A stretch of DNA of 64,000 bases from Gemmatimonas sp. (GTDB lineage: Bacteria > Gemmatimonadota > Gemmatimonadetes > Gemmatimonadales > Gemmatimonadaceae): contig OZ257156.1 in NCBI GenBank assembly GCA_965279375.1, positions 384,001 through 448,000 of the forward strand, given 5' to 3'. A model generated the notes under the pieces. That model was not told the DNA's origin and searched no databases. It saw nothing but the letters and a program-made list of their open reading frames with translations. Shown one piece after another: positions 47,315 to 57,007 of the stretch; the first letter of the stretch is position 1, and the number at the start of each line of letters is the position of its first letter. The translations under genes and the position numbers were made by a program.

Positions 47315-48106
47315 ATGTCCTACCACTTCATAGCTGTAGACGTCAGTGAGGGTGTCCTGACGTTGACGCTCAACCGACCGGACGTGCTGAACAGCTTCAC
47401 TCGGGCCATGGCGCTGGAGGTTCAGCAAGCGCTACAGCAGGCCGCCGACGACGCGTCGATCCGCGCGGTACTGCTGACAGGAGCCGGGCGAGGATTTTGC
47501 GCGGGACAGGATCTGGCTGAGGCGCTTCCCTCCGGGGACGGACCGATGCCGAACATCGGTGAATTTGTGCGCACGAACTACAACCCGATCATTCGCGCCA
47601 TCCGTGCGTTGGAGAAGCCGGTGATCTGCGCGGTGAACGGTGTCGCCGCCGGTGCTGGCGCGAACCTCGCCTTCGCCTGTGATCTGACGATCGCCGCCGA
47701 AGAAGCGTCATTCGTCGAGAGCTTTGCCAAGCTTGGCCTGATCCCCGACACCAGCGGAACGTTCTTCGTGCCGCGCCTGGTGGGCATGCAGCGCGCGACC
47801 GGGATGTTCTTCCTCGCCGAGAAGATGTCGGCCACGAAGGCGAAGGAGTGGGGGCTGATCTGGGATGTGGTGCCGCTAGCGGCACTCGCCGAAACCACGC
47901 GCGATCTGGCGCGCGCGCTCGCCACACAGGCGACCCGCGGCTTCGGTCTGACCAAGCGCGCGCTCAACGCGTCGTTCACCAATTCGCTCGATGAGCAGCT
48001 CGAGGTGGAAGCCGTCGCGATGGACGAGGCGGGGCGCACCGCCGACTACGAGGAAGGCGTGCGGGCGTTTCTCGCGAAGCGGAAGCCGGTGTATCGCGGC
48101 GCATGA
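47315..48106 (+). CDS. paaG: 2-(1,2-epoxy-1,2-dihydrophenyl)acetyl-CoA isomerase (crotonase fold)
   Basis: LTLNRPD.LNSF, GRGFCAGQDL, YNPII, VNGVAAGAGANLA, GLIPDT; paa gene context. Confidence 0.88.
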   Translation: MSYHFIAVDVSEGVLTLTLNRPDVLNSFTRAMALEVQQALQQAADDASIRAVLLTGAGRGFCAGQDLAEALPSGDGPMPNIGEFVRTNYNPIIRAIRALEKPVICAVNGVAAGAGANLAFACDLTIAAEEASFVESFAKLGLIPDTSGTFFVPRLVGMQRATGMFFLAEKMSATKAKEWGLIWDVVPLAALAETTRDLARALATQATRGFGLTKRALNASFTNSLDEQLEVEAVAMDEAGRTADYEEGVRAFLAKRKPVYRGA

Positions 48107-49299
48107 CGGACGCGATTTCGATGACTCGAACGACGGTGGGCGTGGTCGGTGCCGGCGCGATGGGTGCCGGCATCGCGCAGGTGGCCGCGCTGCATGGACA
48201 CCGCGTGTTGCTGGCGGACGCGCAGCTCACCGCCATCACCCGCGCGCGCGACGTGCACGCCAAGGCGCTTGCGCGCGACGTCGAGAAGGGGAAGCGAAGC
48301 CGAGTCGACGCCGACGCCGTGCTCGACCGGATCAGCTACATCGGCGGTGTGGACGTGGACGACCTTGCGCCGTTCGACGCGTGCGACGTCGTGATCGAAG
48401 CGATCGTCGAGGAGCTGTCCGCCAAGCGCGGGCTCTTCCAGACGCTCGAACGCGTGGTGCGCGACGACACCATCCTCGCGACCAACACCTCGTCGCTGTC
48501 CATCGCGGCCATCGGTGGCGCATGCAAGCACGACGAGCGCGTGGTGGGGATTCACTTCTTCAATCCGGCGCCTGTGATGCCGCTGGTTGAAATCATCCCG
48601 TCCATCACGACCGCTTCCGAGATCACGCTGTCGGCGCGTGCGTTGGTGGATACGTGGGGCAAGACAACCGTCGTCGCGAGCGACACGCCGGGCTTCATCG
48701 TCAATCGCGTGGCGCGGCCGTTCTACGGCGAGGCGATGCAACTCGCCAGCGAAGGCGTGGCCGACATCGCCACCATCGACTGGGCGATGCGTGAGATCGG
48801 TGGCTTTCGCATGGGCCCGTTCGAGCTCACGGACTTCATCGGCCATGATGTGAACTTCGCGGTCACGCGCTCCGTGTTCGACGCCACGTTCCACGACCCG
48901 CGCTATCGTCCGTCCATCTCTCAACAGCGTCTCGTGGAAGCGGGGCTCTTGGGACGCAAGTCGGGACGCGGCTACTACGACTACCGCGAGGGCGCGACCA
49001 AACCCGAGCCGACGCGCGACGAAACACTCGGCCGTCAGATCGTGGATCGCATCCTTGCACTGTTGATCAACGAAGCGGTGGAAGCGGTCCATCTGCGTAT
49101 CGCGTCGGCCGCAGACGTGGAGCTCGCGATGACCACGGGCGTCAACTACCCGAAAGGGCTGTTGGCGTGGGGTGACGAGATCGGCGCGAGCACGGTGCTG
49201 GCGCGACTCGATGCGCTGCACGCCGAGTATGGCGACGATCGGTATCGCGCGAGTGTGCGGCTGCGGCGGATCGTGCGCGATGGCGGGCGGTTGCTGTGA
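48103..49299 (+). CDS. paaH: 3-hydroxyacyl(adipyl)-CoA dehydrogenase
   Basis: GAGAMGAGIA, EAIVE, TNTSSLS, HFFNPAP, PGFIVNR, second C-terminal domain GVNYPKG. Confidence 0.88.
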   Translation: MTDAISMTRTTVGVVGAGAMGAGIAQVAALHGHRVLLADAQLTAITRARDVHAKALARDVEKGKRSRVDADAVLDRISYIGGVDVDDLAPFDACDVVIEAIVEELSAKRGLFQTLERVVRDDTILATNTSSLSIAAIGGACKHDERVVGIHFFNPAPVMPLVEIIPSITTASEITLSARALVDTWGKTTVVASDTPGFIVNRVARPFYGEAMQLASEGVADIATIDWAMREIGGFRMGPFELTDFIGHDVNFAVTRSVFDATFHDPRYRPSISQQRLVEAGLLGRKSGRGYYDYREGATKPEPTRDETLGRQIVDRILALLINEAVEAVHLRIASAADVELAMTTGVNYPKGLLAWGDEIGASTVLARLDALHAEYGDDRYRASVRLRRIVRDGGRLL

Positions 49300-49733
49300 G
49301 TGATGATACGACGCGCGCGCGGGCGGTTGTCGATTCGCTCGTTGTCACCGACGCGTTCTCGCGTTGGCTGGGCATATCGGTGCTCGAAGCCGATGTGGGC
49401 CATGCGGTGTGCCGCATGACCGTGCGCGGCGAGATGGTCAACGGCTTCGGCACCTCACACGGCGGCATCGTCTTTTCGTTGGCGGATAGCGCCTTCGCGT
49501 TTGCCACCAATGCCGGCGGCTTTCTCAGTGTCGCCGTTGACTGCTCCGTCAGTTTTCCGGTCGCGGTGCGCCCCGGAGATGTGCTGACTGCCACCGCGGT
49601 CGAAGAGAGCACCACCAACCGACTCGCCTTCTGCGCCGTGACCGTCCGCAATCAGCAGGATGCCATTGTCGCGCACTTTCGTGGCACGGTGTATCGCACC
49701 ACCCGCCCGCATCAACTTCCCACGCCCGACTGA
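49296..49733 (+). CDS. paaI: Hotdog-fold phenylacetyl-CoA thioesterase
   Basis: DAFSRWLGI, NGFGTSHGGIVFSLADSAFAFATN, FRGTVYR. Confidence 0.9.
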   Translation: MSDDTTRARAVVDSLVVTDAFSRWLGISVLEADVGHAVCRMTVRGEMVNGFGTSHGGIVFSLADSAFAFATNAGGFLSVAVDCSVSFPVAVRPGDVLTATAVEESTTNRLAFCAVTVRNQQDAIVAHFRGTVYRTTRPHQLPTPD

Positions 49734-49742
49734 GCGCGCTGC

Positions 49743-50978
49743 ATGTCCGACGACATCTCGCATAACCTCGCCCACGCGTACATCGTCGACGGTGTGCGCA
49801 CGCCCATTGGCAACATCGGCGGCACGCTGAGCCCAGTCCGCGCGGACGATCTCGGCGCGCACGCCATTCGCACGCTGCTCGCGCGACATGCCGGCATCGA
49901 TACGTCGCGCATCGCCGATGTCATCATGGGATGCGCCAATCAGGCCGGTGAAGACAATCGCAACGTGGCGCGCATGTCGGCGCTGTTGGCCGGGCTACCG
50001 GTCTCGGTGCCGGGCGAAACGGTGAATCGGCTGTGCGCCTCCGGCCTGAGTGCCGTCGCGAGTGCGGCGCGCGCCATCAAGGTGGGCGAGGGCGACCTGT
50101 ACGTCGCCGGCGGCGTGGAGAGCATGACCCGCGCACCGTTCGTCATGTCCAAGGGGACGAGCGCATTCGCGCGCGATGTGCAGCTCTTCGACACGAGTTT
50201 GGGCTGGCGCTTCGTTAACCCCAAAATGCAGGCGCTCCACGGCACCGACTCCATGGGAGAGACGGCCGAGAATGTCGCCGCGCAGTTCGGCATCTCGCGA
50301 GCGGATCAGGATGCGTTCGCGGTGCGCTCGCAACAGAAGGCCACCGCTGCGCGCGAGGCCGGAGTCTTTGCCGACGAGATCGTGCCGGTGGAGATCCCGC
50401 AGCGAAAGGGTGATCCCGTTCATGTGTCGCAGGACGAGTTCATTCGCCCTGAGACGACGATGGAGATTCTGGGCAAGCTGCGCCCCGCGTTTCGCACCGA
50501 TGGGCAGGGGAGCGTGACGGCGGGCAACGCGAGTGGCCTGAATGACGGCGCCGCCGCGCTCTTGCTCGCCTCTGCTCGCGCCGTCCAGGAGTTCTCGCTC
50601 ACACCGATCGCGCGCGTGGTGTCGAGTGCCGCGGCCGGCGTGGAACCGCGCATCATGGGGATGGGCCCGGTGCCGTCGAGCCGACGCGCGCTGGAGCTCG
50701 CCAGACTCACGCTCGACCAGATGGACGTAATCGAGCTCAACGAAGCGTTCGCGGCACAAGCGCTTGCGTGCCTGCGCGAGTTCGGCCTCGCCGACGACGA
50801 CCCGCGCGTGAACCCCAACGGAGGCGCCATCGCGCTCGGACACCCGCTCGGCATGAGCGGCGCACGGCTGGCACTTACGGCCGCACGTGAGCTGCAGCGC
50901 CGCGGCGGACGCTATGCGCTGTGCACGATGTGCATCGGTGTGGGTCAGGGATTCGCGATGATCATCGAACGGGTGTGA
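49743..50978 (+). CDS. paaJ: 3-oxoadipyl-CoA / 3-oxo-5,6-dehydrosuberyl-CoA thiolase (PaaJ/PcaF)
   Basis: [44 protein letters not shown]. Confidence 0.92.
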   Translation: MSDDISHNLAHAYIVDGVRTPIGNIGGTLSPVRADDLGAHAIRTLLARHAGIDTSRIADVIMGCANQAGEDNRNVARMSALLAGLPVSVPGETVNRLCASGLSAVASAARAIKVGEGDLYVAGGVESMTRAPFVMSKGTSAFARDVQLFDTSLGWRFVNPKMQALHGTDSMGETAENVAAQFGISRADQDAFAVRSQQKATAAREAGVFADEIVPVEIPQRKGDPVHVSQDEFIRPETTMEILGKLRPAFRTDGQGSVTAGNASGLNDGAAALLLASARAVQEFSLTPIARVVSSAAAGVEPRIMGMGPVPSSRRALELARLTLDQMDVIELNEAFAAQALACLREFGLADDDPRVNPNGGAIALGHPLGMSGARLALTAARELQRRGGRYALCTMCIGVGQGFAMIIERV

Positions 50979-50988
50979 GGCTCGACGC

Positions 50989-51633
50989 ATGATCTACGCC
51001 TTCGATGGATTCATTCCGGTGGTGCACGAGAGCGCATTCGTGCATCCGCAGGCCGCCGTCACGGGCAACGTGATCATCGGGCGCGATGTGTACATCGGCC
51101 CAGGTGCCGCTATTCGCGGCGACTGGGGCGGCATCGTGATCGAGGATGGATGCAACGTGCAGGAGAACTGCACGATTCACATGTTCCCCGGCGTGACCGT
51201 CGTGCTGGAAGCGGGCGCGCACATCGGGCACGGTGCGATCGTGCACGGCGCGCGCATCGGCGCCAACGCGCTCGTAGGCATGAATGCGGTCATCATGGAC
51301 AACGCGACGATCGGCGCGGGATGTGTGGTGGGCGCGCTCTGCTTCGTGCCCGCCGACATGCAGGTGCCACCGCGCAAGGTGGTGGTGGGCAATCCCGCCA
51401 AGATCGTGAAGGACGTGAGCGATGAGATGCTGGCGTGGAAAAGTGAAGGAACCGCGCTCTATCAGCGCCTCCCGGACGCGATGCGCGCATCGTACGCGCC
51501 CGTCGACCCGCTGCGCGAAGTACCCGCAGACCGACCAACGCAATGGGCGCTGCTCAAGACGTGGAACGACACGAAACCGACGACGACGTCAGCACCGAAT
51601 ACATCTCCAAATACATCGGAACCGACATCATGA
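50989..51633 (+). CDS. paaY: PaaY-like hexapeptide-repeat (gamma-carbonic-anhydrase fold) protein
   Basis: PVVHESAFVHP, IRGDWG, NVQENCTIH, IGHGAIVHG, WKSEGTALYQ.L. Confidence 0.88.
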   Translation: MIYAFDGFIPVVHESAFVHPQAAVTGNVIIGRDVYIGPGAAIRGDWGGIVIEDGCNVQENCTIHMFPGVTVVLEAGAHIGHGAIVHGARIGANALVGMNAVIMDNATIGAGCVVGALCFVPADMQVPPRKVVVGNPAKIVKDVSDEMLAWKSEGTALYQRLPDAMRASYAPVDPLREVPADRPTQWALLKTWNDTKPTTTSAPNTSPNTSEPTS

Positions 51634-53678
51634 CGCTGCTCAACTACGCGATGGGCGAGTGGGTGGAAGGCACGGGCAAGAAGGCTGATCTCATTCACGC
51701 CGTCACCGGCGAGAAGATCGGCGAGGCGTCGAGCGGTGGTCTCGATTTCCAGGCGATGACGCACTACGCGCGCAATGTCGGCGGTCCGGCGCTGCGCGCG
51801 CTGACGTTTCATCAGCGTGCGGCGATGCTCAAGGCGATGGCCAAGCATCTCATGGAGCGCAAGGAAGCGTTCTACGCGCTCTCCGCGATGACCGGCGCGA
51901 CGCGCAGCGACTCGTGGGTGGATATCGACGGCGGCATCGGAACCTTCTTCGCGTACTCGAGCCGTGGGCGGCGTGAGTTTCCCAACGAAACGTTTCATGT
52001 GGAAGGTCCAGCCGAGTCGCTCTCCAAGGGCGGCACGTTCGCTGGCCGCCACATCTGCGTACCGTTGGAAGGCGTCGCGATTCACATCAACGCATTCAAC
52101 TTCCCCTGCTGGGGAATGCTCGAGAAGTTGGCCCCTGCCCTGCTTGCCGGCGTGCCGTGCATCGTGAAGCCGGCCACCGTCACGAGCTATCTGACCGAAG
52201 GCATGTTTCGCGAAATGGTTGCGGCCAACATTCTGCCGCCCGGTGCGATTCAGCTCATCTGCGGCAGCGCGGGTGACTTGCTCGATCATGTGACCGAGCA
52301 GGATGTCGTCGCCTTCACCGGCTCTGCGGCCACCGGCCAGATGCTCAAGGAGGGCAAGGCGATGATGAAGCACTCCGTGCGCTTCAACATGGAGGCCGAT
52401 TCGCTCAACTGCTCCATCCTAGGCCCCGATGCCGTGCCGGGCACCGAGGAGTTCGATCTGTTCGTGAAGGAAGTGGTGCGCGAGATGACGACCAAGGCGG
52501 GGCAGAAGTGCACCGCGATCCGTCGCACGATCGTGCCCAACGGCATGGAAGAAGACGTCATCAAAGCGCTGCGCGCGCGGCTGGAAAAGACCACCATTGG
52601 TGATCCATCCGTGGACGGTGTGCGCATGGGGCCGCTCGCCAGCAAGGGGCAGGTGCGTGACGTGGGCGCTGCGGCCGCGCGCATCGGCGCGAGCGCCGAG
52701 CTGGTGTTTGGTGGCGGTGACTTCAACGTGGTCGGCGCCGATCGTGAGCGCGGCTCGTTCTTCGCGCCGATGCTGATGGCTTGCGCCGATCCGTTCAACC
52801 ACAGCGAGCCGCACGACATCGAAGCGTTCGGCCCGGTCAACACAATCATGCCGTATCGCACGCTCGACGAAGCGATCGAACTCGCCAAGCGGGGTCGCGG
52901 CTCGCTATGCGGCTCGCTCATCACCGCCGATCCGAGCGTGGCACGCAAAGTTGTCATCGGCGTAGCGCCGTATCACGGCCGCCTGATGGTTCTCGACCGC
53001 TCGAGCGCCAAGGAAAGCACGGGACACGGCTCACCGCTCCCCAACCTCGTGCATGGCGGTCCGGGGCGCGCCGGCGGCGGCGAAGAGATGGGCGGCGCGC
53101 GTGGCGTGTTGCACTACATGCAGCGCGCGGCCGTGCAGGGGAGCCCCTCCATGCTCGCCGCCATCACGCGCGAGTGGAGCAAGGGCGCGGCCACCACGAC
53201 CGACGGCATTCATCCGTTCCGCAAGACGTTCGACGAATTGCATGTGGGTGACGCGCACATCACCGGCGAACGACTGATCACGCTGGAAGACGTCGTGAAG
53301 TTCGCGGATCTCAGTGGCGATCACTTCTACGCGCACATGAACGACGACGAGGCGCGCACGAACGGCGTCTTCACCGGTCGCGTGGCACACGGCTACTTCA
53401 TCGTGTCGGCGGCGGCCGGCCTGTTTGTCGATCCGGCGTTAGGCCCCGTGCTCGCCAACTACGGCATGAACAACCTGCGCTTCACCAAGCCGGTGTATCC
53501 GGGCGACACCATCCACGTGCAGCTCACCGTCAAGCAGAAGACGGCCAAGGACACGCCGGAAGGCGGCATCCCGCAGGGCGTCGTGGAGTGGGACGTCGAA
53601 GTGCTCAATCAGGACAACGAGGCGGTCGCCGTCTACTCCATTCTCACACTGGTACGACGGTCAGAGTCATTGTCGTAG
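51630..53678 (+). CDS. paaZ: Bifunctional oxepin-CoA hydrolase / aldehyde dehydrogenase
   Basis: ALDH (INAFNFPCW, EADSLN, GQKCTAIRR, HGGPGRAGGGEE) fused to MaoC (SGDHFYAH, AHGY, LRFTKPV). ATGA overlap with paaY. Confidence 0.95.
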   Translation: MTLLNYAMGEWVEGTGKKADLIHAVTGEKIGEASSGGLDFQAMTHYARNVGGPALRALTFHQRAAMLKAMAKHLMERKEAFYALSAMTGATRSDSWVDIDGGIGTFFAYSSRGRREFPNETFHVEGPAESLSKGGTFAGRHICVPLEGVAIHINAFNFPCWGMLEKLAPALLAGVPCIVKPATVTSYLTEGMFREMVAANILPPGAIQLICGSAGDLLDHVTEQDVVAFTGSAATGQMLKEGKAMMKHSVRFNMEADSLNCSILGPDAVPGTEEFDLFVKEVVREMTTKAGQKCTAIRRTIVPNGMEEDVIKALRARLEKTTIGDPSVDGVRMGPLASKGQVRDVGAAAARIGASAELVFGGGDFNVVGADRERGSFFAPMLMACADPFNHSEPHDIEAFGPVNTIMPYRTLDEAIELAKRGRGSLCGSLITADPSVARKVVIGVAPYHGRLMVLDRSSAKESTGHGSPLPNLVHGGPGRAGGGEEMGGARGVLHYMQRAAVQGSPSMLAAITREWSKGAATTTDGIHPFRKTFDELHVGDAHITGERLITLEDVVKFADLSGDHFYAHMNDDEARTNGVFTGRVAHGYFIVSAAAGLFVDPALGPVLANYGMNNLRFTKPVYPGDTIHVQLTVKQKTAKDTPEGGIPQGVVEWDVEVLNQDNEAVAVYSILTLVRRSESLS

Positions 53679-53685
53679 CGGCGGC

Positions 53686-53709
53686 CGATCGTCGAGCCTC
53701 CGACGATCG
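53686..53709. terminator. Hairpin between convergent paaZ and the kinase gene
   Basis: cgatcgtcg-agcctc-cgacgatcg, a 9-bp stem. Confidence 0.5.
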
Positions 53710-53718
53710 CGAGGGAAC

Positions 53719-54993
53719 TCAGGCGACGCGAGGAAGCAGGAGCGTGACCGTCGTGCCGCTACCGACGGCGGTTTCGACCTGTACGCCTCCGCCTGATTGC
53801 ACCATGACATCGTAGATCATCGACAGCCCAAGGCCGGTGCCTTTGCCTTCTTCCTTGGTCGTGAAGAACGGCTCGAAGATCTTCGACCGAACCTCATCGC
53901 TGATCCCCGTCCCCTCGTCCCGCACCGCGACTGTCATGTAGACGCCGGGGCCGACAGGCGGGGATGTCGGCGCCGACTCAGGGGCGACGACGACTGCACC
54001 GGTCTCGATCGTGACGGTGCCGTTGCCGCGTCCAGCGCTCGCGGTGGCGTCCCGTGCGTTGACGATGAGATTGAGGATCGCCTGCTGCATCTGATTGACG
54101 TCGACCTGCACGAAGCCTTCCGCGACGCTGGCGCGTACCGTGAGCCGCATCTCGGACGGCAGTGCGCGCTGCAGCAGACGCAACTCCTTGGCCACCAACG
54201 CATCGAGTGTCGTGCGCTGCGTCGTGCCTCGCTCCTTTCGACTGAAAGCGAGGAGGCGGCGCGTCAATTCGGTGGCATGCTCCGTCGCGAGTCCGATCTC
54301 TTCGAGGTGACTCACAACGGCCGCGTCGTCCGCGATCTCCGTGCGCATCAGGTCCACGTTGCCCTGGATGACCGTCAGCAGGTTGTTGAAGTCGTGAGCC
54401 ACACCGCTCGCAAGGCGACCCATCAGCTCCATCTTCTGCACCTGATGCAGATGGACTTCGAGCAATTGCCGTTCGCGCAGACTATCCGCCAGCCGTTCAT
54501 TCGTGAGCGTGAGCTGCTGCGATTGTGAGAGGAGCACTTCATTCGACTCAGCGAGAGCAGCCTCGCGGGCCTGGGCGCGTTCGACCTCTCGAGCGAGCTT
54601 CGCGTCGCGCACCAGCGCACTGACACGCGGAACGAAGAACGGGAGCAGGCTGGCGGTCAGCAGCGAAACAGCGGCGGTCGCCACCATGGTCGCGGTTTCG
54701 ATCGTGCCGCGGCTCGCACCCAAGGGCAGCACACCCATGATGTGCGTTGCCCCGCAGAGGACGATGAATGCGCCGAACAACACGAACACGATCGGGAACG
54801 GCAGTTCGTGGCGGAGGCGTACCACAAGTACGAGCAGCGTGGCCGCGATGGCGAAGTACGACAGCGCAGTCACGATGTCGGCAACGTGAAACGCGGTGCT
54901 GGCCGTCGCGGAAATTCCGGGCGGTGCGGCGTGCGTCGACAGCTGATTGGCAAGCACCTGCATCGCGTACAGCATCGGTCGGAGCCGCCTCAT
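53719..54993 (-). CDS. Sensor histidine kinase with N-terminal ETR1-type ethylene-binding (3-TM) domain
   Basis: [34 protein letters not shown]; His[38 protein letters not shown]. Start 54993, 54975 or 54963. Confidence 0.85.
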   Translation of the reverse strand: MRRLRPMLYAMQVLANQLSTHAAPPGISATASTAFHVADIVTALSYFAIAATLLVLVVRLRHELPFPIVFVLFGAFIVLCGATHIMGVLPLGASRGTIETATMVATAAVSLLTASLLPFFVPRVSALVRDAKLAREVERAQAREAALAESNEVLLSQSQQLTLTNERLADSLRERQLLEVHLHQVQKMELMGRLASGVAHDFNNLLTVIQGNVDLMRTEIADDAAVVSHLEEIGLATEHATELTRRLLAFSRKERGTTQRTTLDALVAKELRLLQRALPSEMRLTVRASVAEGFVQVDVNQMQQAILNLIVNARDATASAGRGNGTVTIETGAVVVAPESAPTSPPVGPGVYMTVAVRDEGTGISDEVRSKIFEPFFTTKEEGKGTGLGLSMIYDVMVQSGGGVQVETAVGSGTTVTLLLPRVA

Positions 54994-55170
54994 TGAATTC
55001 GAAGTACGCGCTAATTCTGCACCAGTCTGTCCGGAAATCTCCGAACGTGAGTCGGGCTGGTCAATGCAATCGGAGAACTGCACTCGTTCACGTCATGTTC
55101 GATACGGCTGAGTGCGCTCGCCGTCGATAGGAGAATTGAGCGAGCGCGCGACCGTTGCGTCCTGCGACTG

Positions 55171-56889
55171 CTACTGCAGCGACTTTGCCCTCCATGTCTC
55201 GCGTCCACCCATCACCGTCAGCAGCACCTTCGTGCGCGCGATTTGTTCGATCGGCACGGTCAGCACATCCTGCGACAGCACGACGAAGTCGGCGAGCTTC
55301 CCAACGCTGATCGTGCCCTTCTCCTGCTCGTCGAAGCTCGCGTAGGCGGCATCGCGCGTGAAGTGTCGCAGCGCAGCCTCCACCGTGATGCGATGTTCCG
55401 GATACCAGCCGCCGCGCGGAGTACCGTCTGGCATCTGCCGCGTGACCGCGACTGCGATGCCGCGCATCACGTCCATCGGGAAGACGGGATAGTCGCTGCC
55501 GAACGCCTGCACGGCCCCGGCATCGTCGAAGAGCTTGAACGCGTTGGAATGCGACGCGCGCGCGGGCCCGAGCAGCGGGGCGTAGTTCTGGAGCGTGGTC
55601 GCATCGGGGCTTGCGAAGATCGCCTGTGTGGACGCGATGACGCCGAGCGCCTTGAAGCGCGGCAAGTCGCTGAGTGCAGGCACTTCGATGTGCTCGATCC
55701 GATGGCGACGATCGCGCGGGCCGTTCACGCGCGCGGCGTGCTCATACGCATCGAGCGCCATGCGAACCGCGCGATCTCCGATAGCGTGGAGTTCGATCTG
55801 CAGCCCTGCCTTGTCGTACGCCACCACGGCGTCGTTCAATGCCTTCTGTTCCCAGAACGGAAGCCCTTCGCCCCCACCGACGTATGGCTCGAGCATCGCG
55901 GCGGTCTTGGCGTCGACGGTTCCATCCAACATCCCCTTGGCGATGCCGTAGCGCAGCAGCGGAGCGTTTGCTGGCGTATTCGCACCTGCACGTATGCTTT
56001 GCCCTGCTGGTTGACCCGCCCGCGAGTAGCGCGAGAGCTGATCGGCGGTGACGTCATGCGCAAAGGGGACCGATACACGCCACCGCACCTTCAGCGCGCC
56101 GCGAGCAGCAGCCTGCTGCATTGCGTCGAACGTTGCACCGGATGGCTCGCCGGCCGAGGCTTCCTGCAGCGACGTGATGCCGAACGACGCCGCGCGTGTC
56201 ATCTCCGCATCGAGCGTGGCCGCGACTTCTGCCGCCGATGGCGCCGGCACCAACCGCGACACCAGCGCTGCCGCGGACTCCTTGAGCACGCCGGTGAGTT
56301 CGCCCTGTGCGTCGCGATCGAGTTGACCGCGTGGCGGGTCTGCTGTCGCGCGCGTGACACCGGCCAACGCGAGTGCCTTGCTGTTCACGAGTGCCTGATG
56401 CCCATCGCGATCGCGCAGTAGTACCGGTCGGTCTTGGAACAGCAGGTCCAAGTATTTCCGATGCGGCGCGTTCCGCGGAAAGTCGGCGGCGCTCCAGCCG
56501 CGCCCCAGCAACCACGCACCGGCGGGGAGCCCCTGAGACGCCGCACGCAGACGGCGTTGTATCGACTCGACAGAGCCTGCGCCGGCGAGATCCACCTGCT
56601 GTCGAGAGGGCAAATGCCAATGCGCGTCGTTGAATCCCGGCACGACCCGTTGGCCACCGAGATCGACGATGGTGCTCCCAGTGCGTGCGGCCGCGCGCAG
56701 TGCCGCCGATGTGCCGACGGCCACGATCCGATCGCCTCGGACGGTGAATGCCTCCGCCGTGGGCGAGGCGGCATCGCCCGTCCACACCTTTGCGTTGAGA
56801 TAAATCCGGTCGGCAACAACCGTTTGCGCGTCAACCTTCGCGTGGGCCAAACAGAGCGCGCCGACGCTCGCGAGTTGGTGGAATCTCAT
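55171..56889 (-). CDS. Exported metal-dependent amidohydrolase (YtcJ / Amidohydro_3)
   Basis: Signal peptide; PGFNDAHWH, GHQALVNS, TGVLKE, HAIGDRA, RIEHIE, GSDYPV, GKLADFVVL. Confidence 0.9.
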   Translation of the reverse strand: MRFHQLASVGALCLAHAKVDAQTVVADRIYLNAKVWTGDAASPTAEAFTVRGDRIVAVGTSAALRAAARTGSTIVDLGGQRVVPGFNDAHWHLPSRQQVDLAGAGSVESIQRRLRAASQGLPAGAWLLGRGWSAADFPRNAPHRKYLDLLFQDRPVLLRDRDGHQALVNSKALALAGVTRATADPPRGQLDRDAQGELTGVLKESAAALVSRLVPAPSAAEVAATLDAEMTRAASFGITSLQEASAGEPSGATFDAMQQAAARGALKVRWRVSVPFAHDVTADQLSRYSRAGQPAGQSIRAGANTPANAPLLRYGIAKGMLDGTVDAKTAAMLEPYVGGGEGLPFWEQKALNDAVVAYDKAGLQIELHAIGDRAVRMALDAYEHAARVNGPRDRRHRIEHIEVPALSDLPRFKALGVIASTQAIFASPDATTLQNYAPLLGPARASHSNAFKLFDDAGAVQAFGSDYPVFPMDVMRGIAVAVTRQMPDGTPRGGWYPEHRITVEAALRHFTRDAAYASFDEQEKGTISVGKLADFVVLSQDVLTVPIEQIARTKVLLTVMGGRETWRAKSLQ

Positions 56890-57007
56890 GGCGGAACATT
56901 CGCGCGAGTATTGCAATGCGGCAACAGATGTATGAAGGTTCTATCGAGCCGGACGCGATGTCGCGACGGGTGCACCATGCGAAGACATCTCTTTCGGAGA
57001 CGATGCG

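Noticed and set aside
51594..51630. aatacatc repeated at the paaY 3' end
   Set aside because: A short in-frame duplication (PNTS x2) in a disordered tail with no evidence of function.
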